Shown in pieces: positions 40,980-51,523 of a DNA stretch of 64,000 nt. Each line of letters opens with the position of its first letter. Positions within the stretch are counted from its first letter, which is position 1. The stretch is taken from contig OZ242315.1 of the NCBI GenBank assembly GCA_965207975.1, positions 4,106,449 to 4,170,448 of the forward strand, given 5' to 3'. The notes under the pieces are model-generated. The model ran no database searches. It had not been told where the DNA came from and worked only from the letters and a program-made list of their open reading frames with translations. The position numbers and the translations under genes are program-made. This stretch comes from Candidatus Poribacteria bacterium (GTDB lineage Bacteria; Poribacteria; WGA-4E; PCPOR2b).

Positions 40980-42038
40980 TTAAATCCCTGTAAATAATCT
41001 AATATAGGTCCGAGCGACTTTCAGATCCTCCAACGCTTCCTCCGAGGTGCAGGGCGGCTCAGTCTCTCCCTTGATGGCTGTTACGAAATTAATCGCTTGC
41101 TGTCGCATGGCGTGTACTGAAGGGAATTGTGGCACTATGGTCTCTGGGGAAATGCCCTCGCCGGGGTCACGTAGTATTTCAACACGACCGGGACGATTGC
41201 TCGCTAACGGTGCCGGCAGTTCAATTTTCACGTAACCCCGCTCAAAACACACAAGCGCAGATTCCTGCCAATCAATCGTTGTGCTGTAAGGAGACATTTC
41301 AATGGTGCAGGCGATGCCGTTCTCGCTCTGTCCCGCTAGTAGTACGCCAGAAGGATCGGCATAAGTGACCGTGTAGGGTTCTCCAAGCAGGTAGCGCATC
41401 AGATTGATCTGATGAATATAATAGTTGACGAAACCGTTATACTGATTGCGGACTTCGTCATTCATGCCGGCGGCGGGGGGATCCCACTCCAGTGAAGGGA
41501 TAGGGGAGTCATCTCGAATCAGGTCATTAAAACCACTCGCCACCCAATCTCCCGAAGGCATTAGGATACGAACATACGTCATTTTTCCAAGTTCACCCGA
41601 TGCTTTGAAACGCTCGATTTCCGTCTTTGCGTACATCGTTGCTAAGTCGCTGCGTTTGTGATAGCCGACCATGTGCCAGGTCCCGCTCGTCCTCATAGCA
41701 TCCACAATTTTTTCGCCCGCTTCGATGGAAGCGGCAAGTGGTTTTTCAGTAAAGACGGGGACCCCTGCCTTGAGAAGTTCAGGTACAAGTATCCCGTATC
41801 GACCAAAGGGTTGGGCAGCCACAATACCATCCAACGCTTCGTTTTGCAACATCTCTTCGTGTGTAGGATAGGTATTTGGGACACCGTATCGGGCGGCGAC
41901 TTTTTGACGCAGGGACTCGCGTATCTCGGCAATCGCAACTACCTGACAAATATCCAGATTTGCATAGTTCTTCAGGTGAGCGCATTGTCCCATGTTGCCA
42001 ACACCGACGAATCCAATCCTAACTTTCTGCTCCGACAT
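40980..42038 (-). CDS. Gfo/Idh/MocA family oxidoreductase
   Basis: The N-terminal VRIGFVGVGNMGQ Rossmann motif and an EKP motif. Confidence 0.8.
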   Translation of the reverse strand: MSEQKVRIGFVGVGNMGQCAHLKNYANLDICQVVAIAEIRESLRQKVAARYGVPNTYPTHEEMLQNEALDGIVAAQPFGRYGILVPELLKAGVPVFTEKPLAASIEAGEKIVDAMRTSGTWHMVGYHKRSDLATMYAKTEIERFKASGELGKMTYVRILMPSGDWVASGFNDLIRDDSPIPSLEWDPPAAGMNDEVRNQYNGFVNYYIHQINLMRYLLGEPYTVTYADPSGVLLAGQSENGIACTIEMSPYSTTIDWQESALVCFERGYVKIELPAPLASNRPGRVEILRDPGEGISPETIVPQFPSVHAMRQQAINFVTAIKGETEPPCTSEEALEDLKVARTYIRLFTGI

Positions 42039-42233
42039 ACTATGATTCCTTTCTGAAGCCTATCTTATCAGATTTGCCAGACACGGTCAATCCCAAAGTA
42101 GCGTCCCGTTCGCCGATGGTGTTGACAAACTTTCTCAGTACCTTTATAATGAGCCTCTACCTGACGAAATAGACATGTCGAATCATCTACAAATCATTAA
42201 TCTACAATCTATAATAATTAGAGGAGGTCGATA

Positions 42234-43292
42234 ATGCCAGTCTTCACAGCGGAGGTATTGGCACAAACGTGCCTGGACGTTTTCCGCGCCATGGGCATCT
42301 CTGATGCAGAGTCTGAAGTTGTGACACGCTCCATGGTTGACGCTAATCTGGTCGGCCATGATTCGCACGGTATCATCCACTTGCCAAAATACGTTCATGA
42401 AATCGAGGAGTCCTTGATTCAACCGGGGGCGACAATCGAAGTTAAACGCGAATCCCCTTCAATGGCAGCACTGGATGGAAATTGGGGATTTGGACCCGTG
42501 ATTGCGACACATGGGATGAAATTAGCAATTGAAAAGGCAAAAGCGACCGATGTGAGTACGGTTACTATCTCCCGTTCTAATGAGACCGGCAGATTAGGGG
42601 GATATGTACTGATTGCGGCGGCGGAGAATATGATCGGGATCTTGACGGTGAACGACCATGGCGGCGGTCAAAACGTCGCGCCTTATGGAGGGATTGAGGG
42701 ACGGCTTTCGACCAATCCGCTGGCTTGTGCCATTCCGGTTGAAGGGCACGAACCTATTTTGTTGGATATGTCCACAAGCGTCGTTGCAGCAGGAAAGGTG
42801 CGGGTGAGGCGGCATCGGAAGGAACCTGCTCCAGAGGGGTGGCTTATTGATGCTGCGGGAAATCCGACAACCAATGTCGAAGATTTTTACGGATCACCCC
42901 CCGGTGCACTACTTCCTTTTGGAGGGATCGCTGCACAAAAAGGGTTTGGACTCAGTATTGTTGTCGATATTCTTTCTGGAGCGTTGAGTGGGGCGGGATG
43001 CACCAGCCAAGAGGGTTCAAGGGTGGGCAATGGCGTGTTCATCACAGCCATCAATATTGCCAGTTTTGTAGATCTTTCAGATTTCAACGCGGAAGTCAAT
43101 CGCTTCATTGACTACATCAAGTCTTCCAAACGTTTACCCGGGGTTGAGGCGATCCGCATTCCGGGTGAGCGAGGCAGGGATGAACAAGAAAGACGGGGGC
43201 GGGAAGGGATCTTTGTCGAAGACAGTACATGGGAACAGATTCAAGGGGTTATGCGGAAATATCAGGTCCCAATTCCTGATTCGTCGACATAG
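42234..43292 (+). CDS. Ldh_2 family malate/L-lactate/sulfolactate dehydrogenase
   Basis: An Ldh_2 hallmark N-terminus (..MVDANLVGHDSHGI) and 352 aa. RBS gaggaggtcg. Confidence 0.7.
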   Translation: MPVFTAEVLAQTCLDVFRAMGISDAESEVVTRSMVDANLVGHDSHGIIHLPKYVHEIEESLIQPGATIEVKRESPSMAALDGNWGFGPVIATHGMKLAIEKAKATDVSTVTISRSNETGRLGGYVLIAAAENMIGILTVNDHGGGQNVAPYGGIEGRLSTNPLACAIPVEGHEPILLDMSTSVVAAGKVRVRRHRKEPAPEGWLIDAAGNPTTNVEDFYGSPPGALLPFGGIAAQKGFGLSIVVDILSGALSGAGCTSQEGSRVGNGVFITAINIASFVDLSDFNAEVNRFIDYIKSSKRLPGVEAIRIPGERGRDEQERRGREGIFVEDSTWEQIQGVMRKYQVPIPDSST

Positions 43293-43601
43293 TTGGTGTC
43301 TAAAAGAACCCAATTTTAGCTCCAGTTCAGAACCTATTTCCTCAAGGCAGTAGTTGATGAAGCGTAGGTGGGCAGACGTACCGGGCTTTCTATCCTTTCT
43401 TTATCGTCCAAAGGATATGGTTCCTGAATGACGCTATCCTATCGTAATGGGAAAAATTTTGCTTTTTTTCGCTAAATGTGCTACTTTAAGACTTATCTGT
43501 GCCGGTGTGGGCATCTCAGGAGATAACGACATAATGAACAAAAATTTTGATTTTGGTAGATATATTCCAGACTTGTGGCGTGAAGTATACAAGGAGACCG
43601 T

Positions 43602-45362
43602 ATGGGAACAGGGCACGCTGCCATAAAACTTCTGCGTTATCGTCCGGGACTCTTTCTGCTCACAATACTGTTTCGCGGGGCAGATGACCTTGTCCCACTC
43701 CTGACCGGATTGGTCCTGAAAGGGTTCTTCGATGCCCTTACAGGCGATGCACAAGCGGGATTCGACGTATGGACCTGTGTAGCCCTGTTTATCGCTGTTG
43801 AGGTTGGTGATGTGATCGTCCTGTTTGGATCGGCAGTCGTTTGGCCCCGGTGGTGGTACGCAGTAGAATCGCTTCTTCGCAAAAACCTGATAGCGGCCTT
43901 GCTTAATGTGCGAACGCCGCGCCGTGTTTCAGGTGCCTCCGGCGATGTAACCAATCGTTTCCGCGATGATGTGGGAACGATTGTTAGATACTTGGAGCGG
44001 TACATTCATCTGTGGGGCAACCTCATCTTTGCCGTACTCGCCATCATTGTGATGGTGCGGATAAGCGTGATGATTACACTCGTTACGGTCATTCCGTCTA
44101 TCCTCGTCGTAATTATTATTGATGCAGCAAGGAAATATATCCATAAATATCGATCGGCACAACGGGTTGCTACAGCGCAGTCAACAAACTTCATCAACGA
44201 AATGTTCCAAGCCGTATTGGCTATCAAGGTTGCAACGATGGAGTCAAATGTCATCACGCACTTTCGCCGGCTTAACGATGCGCGCCGAAAATCGACCCTG
44301 ATAGATAACCTGCTTGAACAACTCCTGCGCTCGATTAATCAAAATCTTGGAAACATAGCAACAGGCGTGATTCTCATACTCGCTGCGGAGAAGCTGAAAT
44401 CAGGTGAATTTACCGTCGGAGATATTGTCCTCTTTATGGCTTACGTGGGTGAAGTTGCTAGGAGCGGTTCACTACTGGGTACGGTGATGACACACCATGC
44501 ACGTGCAGAAATTTCCTTCGGTCGAATGGAGCGGGTTGTTGATGGGACACCACCGAGCATACTCGCCCAACATAGTCCGGTCTACCTCCGAGGCGATCTG
44601 CCTGCTGTTCCGGTCCCTGTCAAGACGGATGCCGATCAACTTCATGAATTAACAGTCAAGGGACTGACCTACCGCTACGACGGATCAGAGAATGGGATTC
44701 ACGACATCGACCTACAGATCCCCGCCGGTTCATTCATTGTGATCACTGGGCGAATTGGGGCTGGCAAATCGACCCTACTGCGAACCCTCCTAGGGGTGCT
44801 GCCGAAGGAGTCTGGGGAGATTTACTGGAATGACGAGATGGTAGACGATTCAAAATCGTTCTTCGTGCCGCCCCGTTGTGCCTACACCCCACAAGTTCCG
44901 CGCCTTTTCAGCGAACCCCTTAAAGACAATATTCTCATGGGATTACCAGATGACCCGGAGGCACTTAACCGGGCGATCCGGTTGGGTGTGATGGAGGAGG
45001 ACCTCCCGACGCTCGAAAACGGGTTAGATACGGTGGTGGGTCCACGAGGTGTCAAGCTATCGGGAGGGCAGATACAACGCGCCGCTGCAACACGGATGTT
45101 TATCCGGCCTGCCGAGCTTTATGTCTTCGATGACCTATCTTCTGCGCTCGACGTAGAGACAGAACGGGTACTTTGGGATCGCGTCTTTGAAACACAACGT
45201 TCTACCTGTCTTGTTGTTTCCCATCGTCGTCCAGCACTTCGTCGTGCGGATAAGATTATTGTCCTGAAGAACGGGCGAGTTGAAGGGGTAGGTACACTGG
45301 ACACCCTCCTAGCCTCCTGTGAAGAGATGCAACGACTGTGGCGAGGGGAAGTCGACGCGTAA
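43602..45362 (+). CDS. ABC transporter, fused permease/ATP-binding protein (exporter type)
   Basis: N-terminal 6-TM domain. The C-terminal NBD has Walker A GRIGAGKST, signature LSGGQIQR, and Walker B LYVFDDLSSALD. Confidence 0.8.
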   Translation: MGTGHAAIKLLRYRPGLFLLTILFRGADDLVPLLTGLVLKGFFDALTGDAQAGFDVWTCVALFIAVEVGDVIVLFGSAVVWPRWWYAVESLLRKNLIAALLNVRTPRRVSGASGDVTNRFRDDVGTIVRYLERYIHLWGNLIFAVLAIIVMVRISVMITLVTVIPSILVVIIIDAARKYIHKYRSAQRVATAQSTNFINEMFQAVLAIKVATMESNVITHFRRLNDARRKSTLIDNLLEQLLRSINQNLGNIATGVILILAAEKLKSGEFTVGDIVLFMAYVGEVARSGSLLGTVMTHHARAEISFGRMERVVDGTPPSILAQHSPVYLRGDLPAVPVPVKTDADQLHELTVKGLTYRYDGSENGIHDIDLQIPAGSFIVITGRIGAGKSTLLRTLLGVLPKESGEIYWNDEMVDDSKSFFVPPRCAYTPQVPRLFSEPLKDNILMGLPDDPEALNRAIRLGVMEEDLPTLENGLDTVVGPRGVKLSGGQIQRAAATRMFIRPAELYVFDDLSSALDVETERVLWDRVFETQRSTCLVVSHRRPALRRADKIIVLKNGRVEGVGTLDTLLASCEEMQRLWRGEVDA

Positions 45363-45365
45363 TTG

Positions 45366-46820
45366 TCAGTAGGGATTCTCCGCTGTTGTTATAGGACACC
45401 AGCGGGAGGTCAACAGGTCGTCCCATAAAGCATTTTGTGCTTCGGGCGTTCCGATCTGCCGCAATACCGCAGCCGCATAGTAACGAACATACCGGTCCTC
45501 ATCGCTTAACCTTCCCGCCAATGTTGGCACGATACCATCTGCCGATTGACCAATTTTTGCGAGTGCCATCACCGCGTTGAGTCGAACCAGCATCTCTGAG
45601 TCGCTTGAGACCTGCATCAACGCTGGAACAATGTTTTCGGCAGGGGTTGCAATTGTTCCCAACGCCTCCGCTGCATTACGGCGGACCCACAAACTCTCAT
45701 CACGCAGTCGCTGAATCAATGCGGGCACAGCCTCTTCCGCAAGCAAGCCCAGATTGCCCAACGTATCCGCGGCTGCCGCACGGGTGGTCCAAGACGCATC
45801 CCCTAACGCCGAAATCAATGCCGGTACACTGGACTGCCCCACCTCGGTCAGTGCTTGGGAGGCATACAAATCTGCTGGATTGCCCCCTTGTGGATTCGAT
45901 GCAGTTTTTGCGACATTTGTTTCCGCCAAAGCCTCGGCTTCTGCTTGTAACGCTTGCATTAATGCCGGTATGACAGATTCCCCCAACTCGCCCAGCGCGT
46001 AAGCCGACTTCAGGCGAACACTTTCATCGGTATCTCGTAGCCCCGCTATCAGTTGTGACACGGAGCCATTTTCGTCGGGTTCGACGGGCATCGAATCTGC
46101 ACCATCACTTTGAAAGAGCCATTTCCAGACATGCCTCGATAATGCGTGATGTTTGTCGTTATTCGCAGGTTGCCAATGCGTATGCCCGTTACCCGGTAGG
46201 GATTGAGAGGGTTCCTGCATCCGTGTGAACTGAAACTTCAGCATGTAACGTTTTTTGTTGCTACAGTTTGCCATCGCCCGATGCCACGAATCGAAATTGA
46301 CAAGTGTTACCGTGCCCGCCTTGCCACAAAGGGCTTTCGCCCGCTCAGTGCTTTGTGTCGGGTTCGTGTCGGAAACCGTATTGTAATACTGCTTTCCGGG
46401 TAAGATCCCTGTCGGTCCCATGTCTTCGGTGACATCTTGTGGATAGTAGAAAGCCATCACCCATCGAAAGCGATGATGCCGCACTTTTTGGTCAAAGATG
46501 TAGTCATCCTTATGCCAAGTTTGTCCGTCACTCCCCGGTGAGTTGAGATGACAGTAGCGATGGGGATGGATCAGGTAATCTGGGCCCAGCAGACTCGTCA
46601 ACGCACCGCAAACCTTCGGATGCTCGAAAACTCGCTGAATATCAGGGATCCGGGGCAGCAGATTATTTCCCGGATTCCCTTCCTTCGCAAGCACCTCTTC
46701 GATCTGCTGATAGATGTCCTCATGAATGTTGGTCGGAAAATCAGCTTGAATTTGGATATGCCCGTTGACAATAAAGTCCCGAATTTCTTTGGGGTTAAGG
46801 AGATACGCCTTGTCCACCAT
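45366..46820 (-). CDS. Phytanoyl-CoA dioxygenase (PhyH) family protein fused to C-terminal HEAT/PBS-lyase-like repeats
   Basis: An N-terminal 2OG-Fe(II) PhyH-like region. The C-terminal half has repeated ..VR..AA.ALG.IG.. HEAT-like units. Confidence 0.6.
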   Translation of the reverse strand: MVDKAYLLNPKEIRDFIVNGHIQIQADFPTNIHEDIYQQIEEVLAKEGNPGNNLLPRIPDIQRVFEHPKVCGALTSLLGPDYLIHPHRYCHLNSPGSDGQTWHKDDYIFDQKVRHHRFRWVMAFYYPQDVTEDMGPTGILPGKQYYNTVSDTNPTQSTERAKALCGKAGTVTLVNFDSWHRAMANCSNKKRYMLKFQFTRMQEPSQSLPGNGHTHWQPANNDKHHALSRHVWKWLFQSDGADSMPVEPDENGSVSQLIAGLRDTDESVRLKSAYALGELGESVIPALMQALQAEAEALAETNVAKTASNPQGGNPADLYASQALTEVGQSSVPALISALGDASWTTRAAAADTLGNLGLLAEEAVPALIQRLRDESLWVRRNAAEALGTIATPAENIVPALMQVSSDSEMLVRLNAVMALAKIGQSADGIVPTLAGRLSDEDRYVRYYAAAVLRQIGTPEAQNALWDDLLTSRWCPITTAENPY

Positions 46821-46866
46821 TGCCTTTTTCCTTTCAGTATGGGTTCGCCTACTTCCCCTGTGAAAG

Positions 46867-47523
46867 CTAAAGTTTCATGAGTTCAGACTCGGTTAAGTGT
46901 GGTCGGATTTTTTCCGCAAATTCAGCGACTGTCTCATCAACTGTTGCCGTGGAAGTGTCTAGCGTTATCTTGTTTTTAATCGACGAATTTTGGTGCGCCT
47001 CCTCGAATTTTTGCGACACATCTGGGATGTCCTGTTCAGGCACAACGGGGTATTTATGGGGATTTTCTTTCATCCGCTTGGCGATAACTTCGGGAGATGC
47101 CTTCACTAGGATAAGCACGGTTTCAGGTGCGAACGTGAGGATACGCTGCTCAAGGTTTTGTGAGATCGTTTGCCGGTCACCCATCTCGCCCGGTCCGCCG
47201 TAGCCGTAGTACAAAGGTCCGTATATTGTGTCTTCTATATGGATGCCGATTCCGAGAAAGTCCTCTCCCGACGAAGACTGGGCGGGTGTGTGATAGTAAA
47301 GGTTATGCCGCATTATAACTTCTGTCAGCCGCGGACTAAGTGCATCGAACTGAGCGATTTCTTCCTCAGTCAGCTCAGGTCCATGGGGCTTGGTATCCGG
47401 CAGCTTGAAGTGATCATGGATGAGTGTAAACTCCTTGTCCATTGTCTCTTTAGTCCATTCATTGATTGCGTGGGCTAATGTTGTTGTGCCGCTGTATTCA
47501 CAGCCGATCAGGATAAGTCTCAT
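46867..47523 (-). CDS. Hypothetical P-loop-like protein (GCEYSGTTT motif; sulfotransferase/kinase-like fold possible)
   Basis: The N-terminal LILIGCEYSGTTTLA resembles a degenerate P-loop or PAPS-binding loop. No family was assigned. Confidence 0.3.
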   Translation of the reverse strand: MRLILIGCEYSGTTTLAHAINEWTKETMDKEFTLIHDHFKLPDTKPHGPELTEEEIAQFDALSPRLTEVIMRHNLYYHTPAQSSSGEDFLGIGIHIEDTIYGPLYYGYGGPGEMGDRQTISQNLEQRILTFAPETVLILVKASPEVIAKRMKENPHKYPVVPEQDIPDVSQKFEEAHQNSSIKNKITLDTSTATVDETVAEFAEKIRPHLTESELMKL

Positions 47524-47636
47524 TTTTTTCCTCCGTTAGTTTTGGGTAGATGGAGAGTTTTGTCTAACAAACAATTGTTCTGTCAAAGAAAATTTCCTTC
47601 ACCGCAGAGACGCGGAGGCGCAGAGAAAAACGGAGT

Positions 47637-48632
47637 TTAACGCATTTTTCGCGCCTGCTGTTCTCTATAGGCTGCACTGGCAGCGTTCAAGGTATCAATC
47701 GCTTCGTCGGGCAATACTATCTCTGTGCCGGTGAAATTGTCCTCAACATGCTCAGGACGTTCAGTACCTGCCAGTACACTCGTCACCTCTGGGTGGGTCA
47801 GCACCCAAGCGACGCAAATTGTGGCACGGCTCACGCGCAGATCTTGAGCCACTTGGTCCAACACATCTATCAGCGTTGCTAGCGGTGTATCCGGGTCAAT
47901 ATTACGCCCCGGCACAAGATGTCCGGTGTCCAAAGGGCTAAAGGCGAGAAGTCCCAGCCCTGATTTCCGCAACACGGGAAACATCTCCTGCTCCATTTGA
48001 ACCACACGGGAATCGCCTGTGTCAGTCAAGGATTCCCCAGCGATGTTATAGTAATCCTCAGTGCCTGCAATAGGTGCTGTGCCCGTGCTTTGACCAAGTT
48101 CGACGTACCTGCTTACCTGTGACGCACTATGGTTGGAGACACCCCAGTATCGAATTTTCCCTGACCGCACCAGCGCGTCCATTGAATCAACGACCTCTGC
48201 TGCTGGGGTTGCCTTGTCAGGTTGATGGAGCAGATAGAGATCGATATAGTCGGTCTGTAGGCGCGTGAGGCTGCCTTCTGCCTGTTGGAAAAGAAAATCT
48301 TGAGTAAAACGCGCCGGCTTCCCCGGACTATCCTCTTTTTCTGGCGCGTATGATGCCGCGACTTTGGTGCAGATGACTACCTGATCACGCTGTCCTGCGA
48401 TAGCTTTTCCCAAGGTTTCCTCTGCCCCGCCCCAGCCGTAGGCGTTTGATGAATCGAAAAAGTTTACGCCTACCTCCAGACAGTGCTGCAGCACACGCAG
48501 CCCCATTGGATTATCCACCGCCCGCGGCATATTCCGAAATGCTGTCCCCTGACAAAGACGAGAGACGTGCAAATCGGTCTGTCCGAAACGGACTAGGTGT
48601 GAAGGGTGCCCTTCGTTTGACTTTTCTGTCAT
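47637..48632 (-). CDS. Aldo/keto reductase family oxidoreductase
   Basis: 331 aa with AKR-typical motifs (FFDSSNAYG, LHQPD). Confidence 0.75.
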   Translation of the reverse strand: MTEKSNEGHPSHLVRFGQTDLHVSRLCQGTAFRNMPRAVDNPMGLRVLQHCLEVGVNFFDSSNAYGWGGAEETLGKAIAGQRDQVVICTKVAASYAPEKEDSPGKPARFTQDFLFQQAEGSLTRLQTDYIDLYLLHQPDKATPAAEVVDSMDALVRSGKIRYWGVSNHSASQVSRYVELGQSTGTAPIAGTEDYYNIAGESLTDTGDSRVVQMEQEMFPVLRKSGLGLLAFSPLDTGHLVPGRNIDPDTPLATLIDVLDQVAQDLRVSRATICVAWVLTHPEVTSVLAGTERPEHVEDNFTGTEIVLPDEAIDTLNAASAAYREQQARKMR

Positions 48633-48659
48633 TATTCACTCCTTTTTTATTTTCTTTTC

Positions 48660-50195
48660 TTAATTTTCCTTTTCCCCATTTTCCAATTCTTCATAAGAAT
48701 CCTGTCTGCTGAACCGTGTGAGTATATCGCCAATTTTATCTTGTAGGGCGCGCCGCGGACTCACGGAACCGAGATAATTGCTCACTATAATTGAGAACGC
48801 CACCGTTTCCCCATCCGCAGTTACGGTATAGCCGGCAAGTGCTGTTAGCCCCCTCAACGTTCCGGTTTTGGCGCGTAAAACCCCTTCTGCTGACATACCC
48901 CGCATCCGCCGTGTCAGCGTTCCATCCACCCCGCCAACTGGCAGCGATGCCAGATATTCTGGCATCACCGCAAAATTGCGGAACATATAGGCCAGCAAAT
49001 CTGTCAGGAGAGAAGCGGTTACTAAATTATAGCGAGATACCCCCGAACCATCGGCAAAGGTATAATATCCCCTATCCACTCCAATTTCGCCCAAAAGATT
49101 GCTAATCGCTCCCAATCCTTTCTTCGCTGTTCCCGGAGCTCCTCTCAGTTCAGCACCGATTGTTTTCAACAGGAGTTCAGCAATCAGATTATCACTCGGC
49201 TTGTTCATCTCCCGGAGGATACGGGATAGCGGTGGCGATATATGCTGGCTAATTTCCACTGCCTCTTCAGGTACTTCACCATAACGGACTGTTCCGTAAA
49301 GGGTTACACCCCGTTCTGCAAGCATTTCTCGCAATAAGGTGCCGCAGTAGAGTGCCGGGTCAAGTACATCTACACGTCGGTTCATCTCGGCTTGACCAAT
49401 TGTCATGACTCCATCAATCGTCAGGACGTTCGCTTCAACAGATCCCTCCTCTCGTTTAATTATCAGTCGTGTTCTTTCTGATACCCCTACTGTAGTGGCA
49501 TCATTAACAATTTTCATATACTGTGTGGGGGGGTCAAGATGGACGCGAACCGGATCGTCAACTTTACTGCCGGGGGAGATACGAAGGTGTACACCGTTAC
49601 GGTTAATCGCCAGTGCGCTTAGATGCGGGTAGTACCCACCGATGGGACCATCGTCCCACATCCAACCTTTGCCCCGCCTGATAGCGTCAAAGTAGGTTTC
49701 ATCTACCACAATATCGCCCTGCAGCTTTTTTATATCCATTTCTACTAATCTTTCGACCATCTTTTCCAGATCTTTGCTGTCAAACATAGGATCACCGCCC
49801 CCTTTGAGGTAGATATTCCCCCGATTATCTTCAACGGGATCCGTATAAAGCGTGGTATGGAAACGGTAATTTGGACCGAGTTTAACTAGTGCTGTTGCTG
49901 CGGTGATTAATTTCATTGTTGACGCTGGATGATACAATTTTTCAGCGTCTTTCTCATAAAGCACCTCTTCCGTTTTAAGTGAAACAACTTTCATCCCGAT
50001 GTTTGAGGAGGCTAAGAATGGATCGTTTAGGGTGGTTTCAATTTTTGCCTGCAATTGTTGAACGGCTTCCGATGGCTTAGGTGATGCGGGCGGTGGGACT
50101 TCAATTGTTGAAGACGTTCCACAGCCATATAATACGGTGCAACAAAGAAAGGCACAAAACCAGAGGCAGGCTCTTGATATCTTCCACATTTTCAA
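48660..50195 (-). CDS. dacB: D-alanyl-D-alanine carboxypeptidase/endopeptidase (PBP4, peptidase S13)
   Basis: A signal/lipobox-like N-terminus. S13 motifs: SxxK (PASTMK) and SxN (DGSGVSRYN), with KTG (KTGTL) near the C-terminus. Confidence 0.75.
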   Translation of the reverse strand: MKMWKISRACLWFCAFLCCTVLYGCGTSSTIEVPPPASPKPSEAVQQLQAKIETTLNDPFLASSNIGMKVVSLKTEEVLYEKDAEKLYHPASTMKLITAATALVKLGPNYRFHTTLYTDPVEDNRGNIYLKGGGDPMFDSKDLEKMVERLVEMDIKKLQGDIVVDETYFDAIRRGKGWMWDDGPIGGYYPHLSALAINRNGVHLRISPGSKVDDPVRVHLDPPTQYMKIVNDATTVGVSERTRLIIKREEGSVEANVLTIDGVMTIGQAEMNRRVDVLDPALYCGTLLREMLAERGVTLYGTVRYGEVPEEAVEISQHISPPLSRILREMNKPSDNLIAELLLKTIGAELRGAPGTAKKGLGAISNLLGEIGVDRGYYTFADGSGVSRYNLVTASLLTDLLAYMFRNFAVMPEYLASLPVGGVDGTLTRRMRGMSAEGVLRAKTGTLRGLTALAGYTVTADGETVAFSIIVSNYLGSVSPRRALQDKIGDILTRFSRQDSYEELENGEKEN

Positions 50196-51385
50196 ATAAC
50201 TCCATCTTGACGCAGGTCTGCGATCGCCTTGTCATTCAGTCCAAGTCGGTTAGTAAGAATCTCGTCGGTGTGCTCTCCAAGCAGCGGCGGTGGCATCCGC
50301 ATCTGCGTTGGTGTCCCTGATAAATTAAGCGGTGTGCCAGCCAATCGTACTGTTTCCGCCGTTGGATGTGGCATCTCGACCCGCATCTCTCGCGCCAGCG
50401 TCTGTGGGTCAGCGAATACCTTATCGAGAGAGTTGACCGGTCCGGCGGGAACATCAGCATCAGCGCAGCGTCTCAGCCATTCAGCGACGGGGTGTTGACG
50501 AAACAAATCCTCTAGCATCGGGATCAATACCGCTCGGTGAGCGACACGTTGCGGGTTGGTGGCAAACCGCTTGTCCGATGCCCATGCACTTACCCCCGCC
50601 GCTGCACAGAAACGTTCCCACTGTCCATCGTTGCCGATGGCAAGGATAAGGTAATCGTCCATCGCCTGAAACGCTTGATACGGAACGATACTGGAGTGTG
50701 CGTTACCCCAGCGTCCCGGTACGTTGCCTGAGCAGAGATAGTTGCTACCAACGTTCGCTAGCAGCGCAATCTGTGAGTCGAGGAGTGCGATGTCGATGTG
50801 CTGTCCCTCGTCGGTGCGCCCGCGGGCAAGTAACGCAGCCAAGATAGCGTTACACGCAAAGAGTGCCGAAGCGACATCCACAATCGCTACGCCAACTTTC
50901 ATGGGTGTGCCCTCACGTTCACCGGTGATGGACATGAAGCCGCCACGTCCCTGAATCAGGAAGTCGTAGCCCGGCAACTCGTGGTCAGGTCCCGTGTGTC
51001 CAAACCCGCTGATGGAACAGTAAATCAGACGCGGGTTGATCTCCTTGAGCGATGTGTAATTTAGACCGCCTGCGTCCAAACCACCTATACGGAAATTCTC
51101 AATTAACACATCACTCTGTGCCGCGAGTTTCCGCGCAATAGCGATACCCTCTTCGTCCTTGAGGTTGAGTGTAAGGCTTTTTTTGTTGCGGTTGCAGCAG
51201 AGGTAATACGCCGACTCACCACCGAGGAATGGCGGTCCCCACTGACGGGTTTCATCGCCGATGCCGGGACGTTCAACTTTGATGACTTCTGCGCCCAAAT
51301 CGCCCAACATCATGGCACAGTAGGGCCCTGCCAAATGCCGCGACAGGTCAAGAACATGGATACCGTCCAATGGACTCAAGGTCAT
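50192..51385 (-). CDS. CaiB/BaiF family (class III) CoA-transferase
   Basis: The N-terminal GIHVLDLSRHLAGPYC motif is typical of family III CoA-transferases. 4-bp overlap with dacB. Confidence 0.75.
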   Translation of the reverse strand: MTLSPLDGIHVLDLSRHLAGPYCAMMLGDLGAEVIKVERPGIGDETRQWGPPFLGGESAYYLCCNRNKKSLTLNLKDEEGIAIARKLAAQSDVLIENFRIGGLDAGGLNYTSLKEINPRLIYCSISGFGHTGPDHELPGYDFLIQGRGGFMSITGEREGTPMKVGVAIVDVASALFACNAILAALLARGRTDEGQHIDIALLDSQIALLANVGSNYLCSGNVPGRWGNAHSSIVPYQAFQAMDDYLILAIGNDGQWERFCAAAGVSAWASDKRFATNPQRVAHRAVLIPMLEDLFRQHPVAEWLRRCADADVPAGPVNSLDKVFADPQTLAREMRVEMPHPTAETVRLAGTPLNLSGTPTQMRMPPPLLGEHTDEILTNRLGLNDKAIADLRQDGVI

Positions 51386-51460
51386 TATGTATGTTCCTCT
51401 TTCACCTTTGGAAATATGCCACTCCTCATAATATCAGATTTCTTTTTGTGGTCGTGTTAA

Positions 51461-51512
51461 GAAATCGTGCAACAGAAACCGAGTTTTGAAGAAAAAACTC
51501 GGTTTCTCTTCA
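51461..51512. repeat. REP/MITE-like palindromic element copy 2 (aagaaatcgtgcaacagaaaccgagtttt-gaagaaa-aaactcggtttctcttca)
   Basis: An imperfect ~50-bp palindrome, intergenic between the CaiB and acyl-CoA dehydrogenase genes. Near-identical copies are at 24863-24908, 53065-53107 (inverted), 59730-59787 and 57637-57737 (the last with an insertion). Confidence 0.7.
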
Positions 51513-51523
51513 CTATCAAGATA

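Noticed and set aside
43533-43625. 30-aa ORF (MNKNFDFGRYIPDLWREVYKETVWEQGTLP) overlapping the ABC transporter start
   Set aside because: Very short, no clear RBS, and it overlaps the start of a well-supported gene. Possibly a leader peptide but unsupported.
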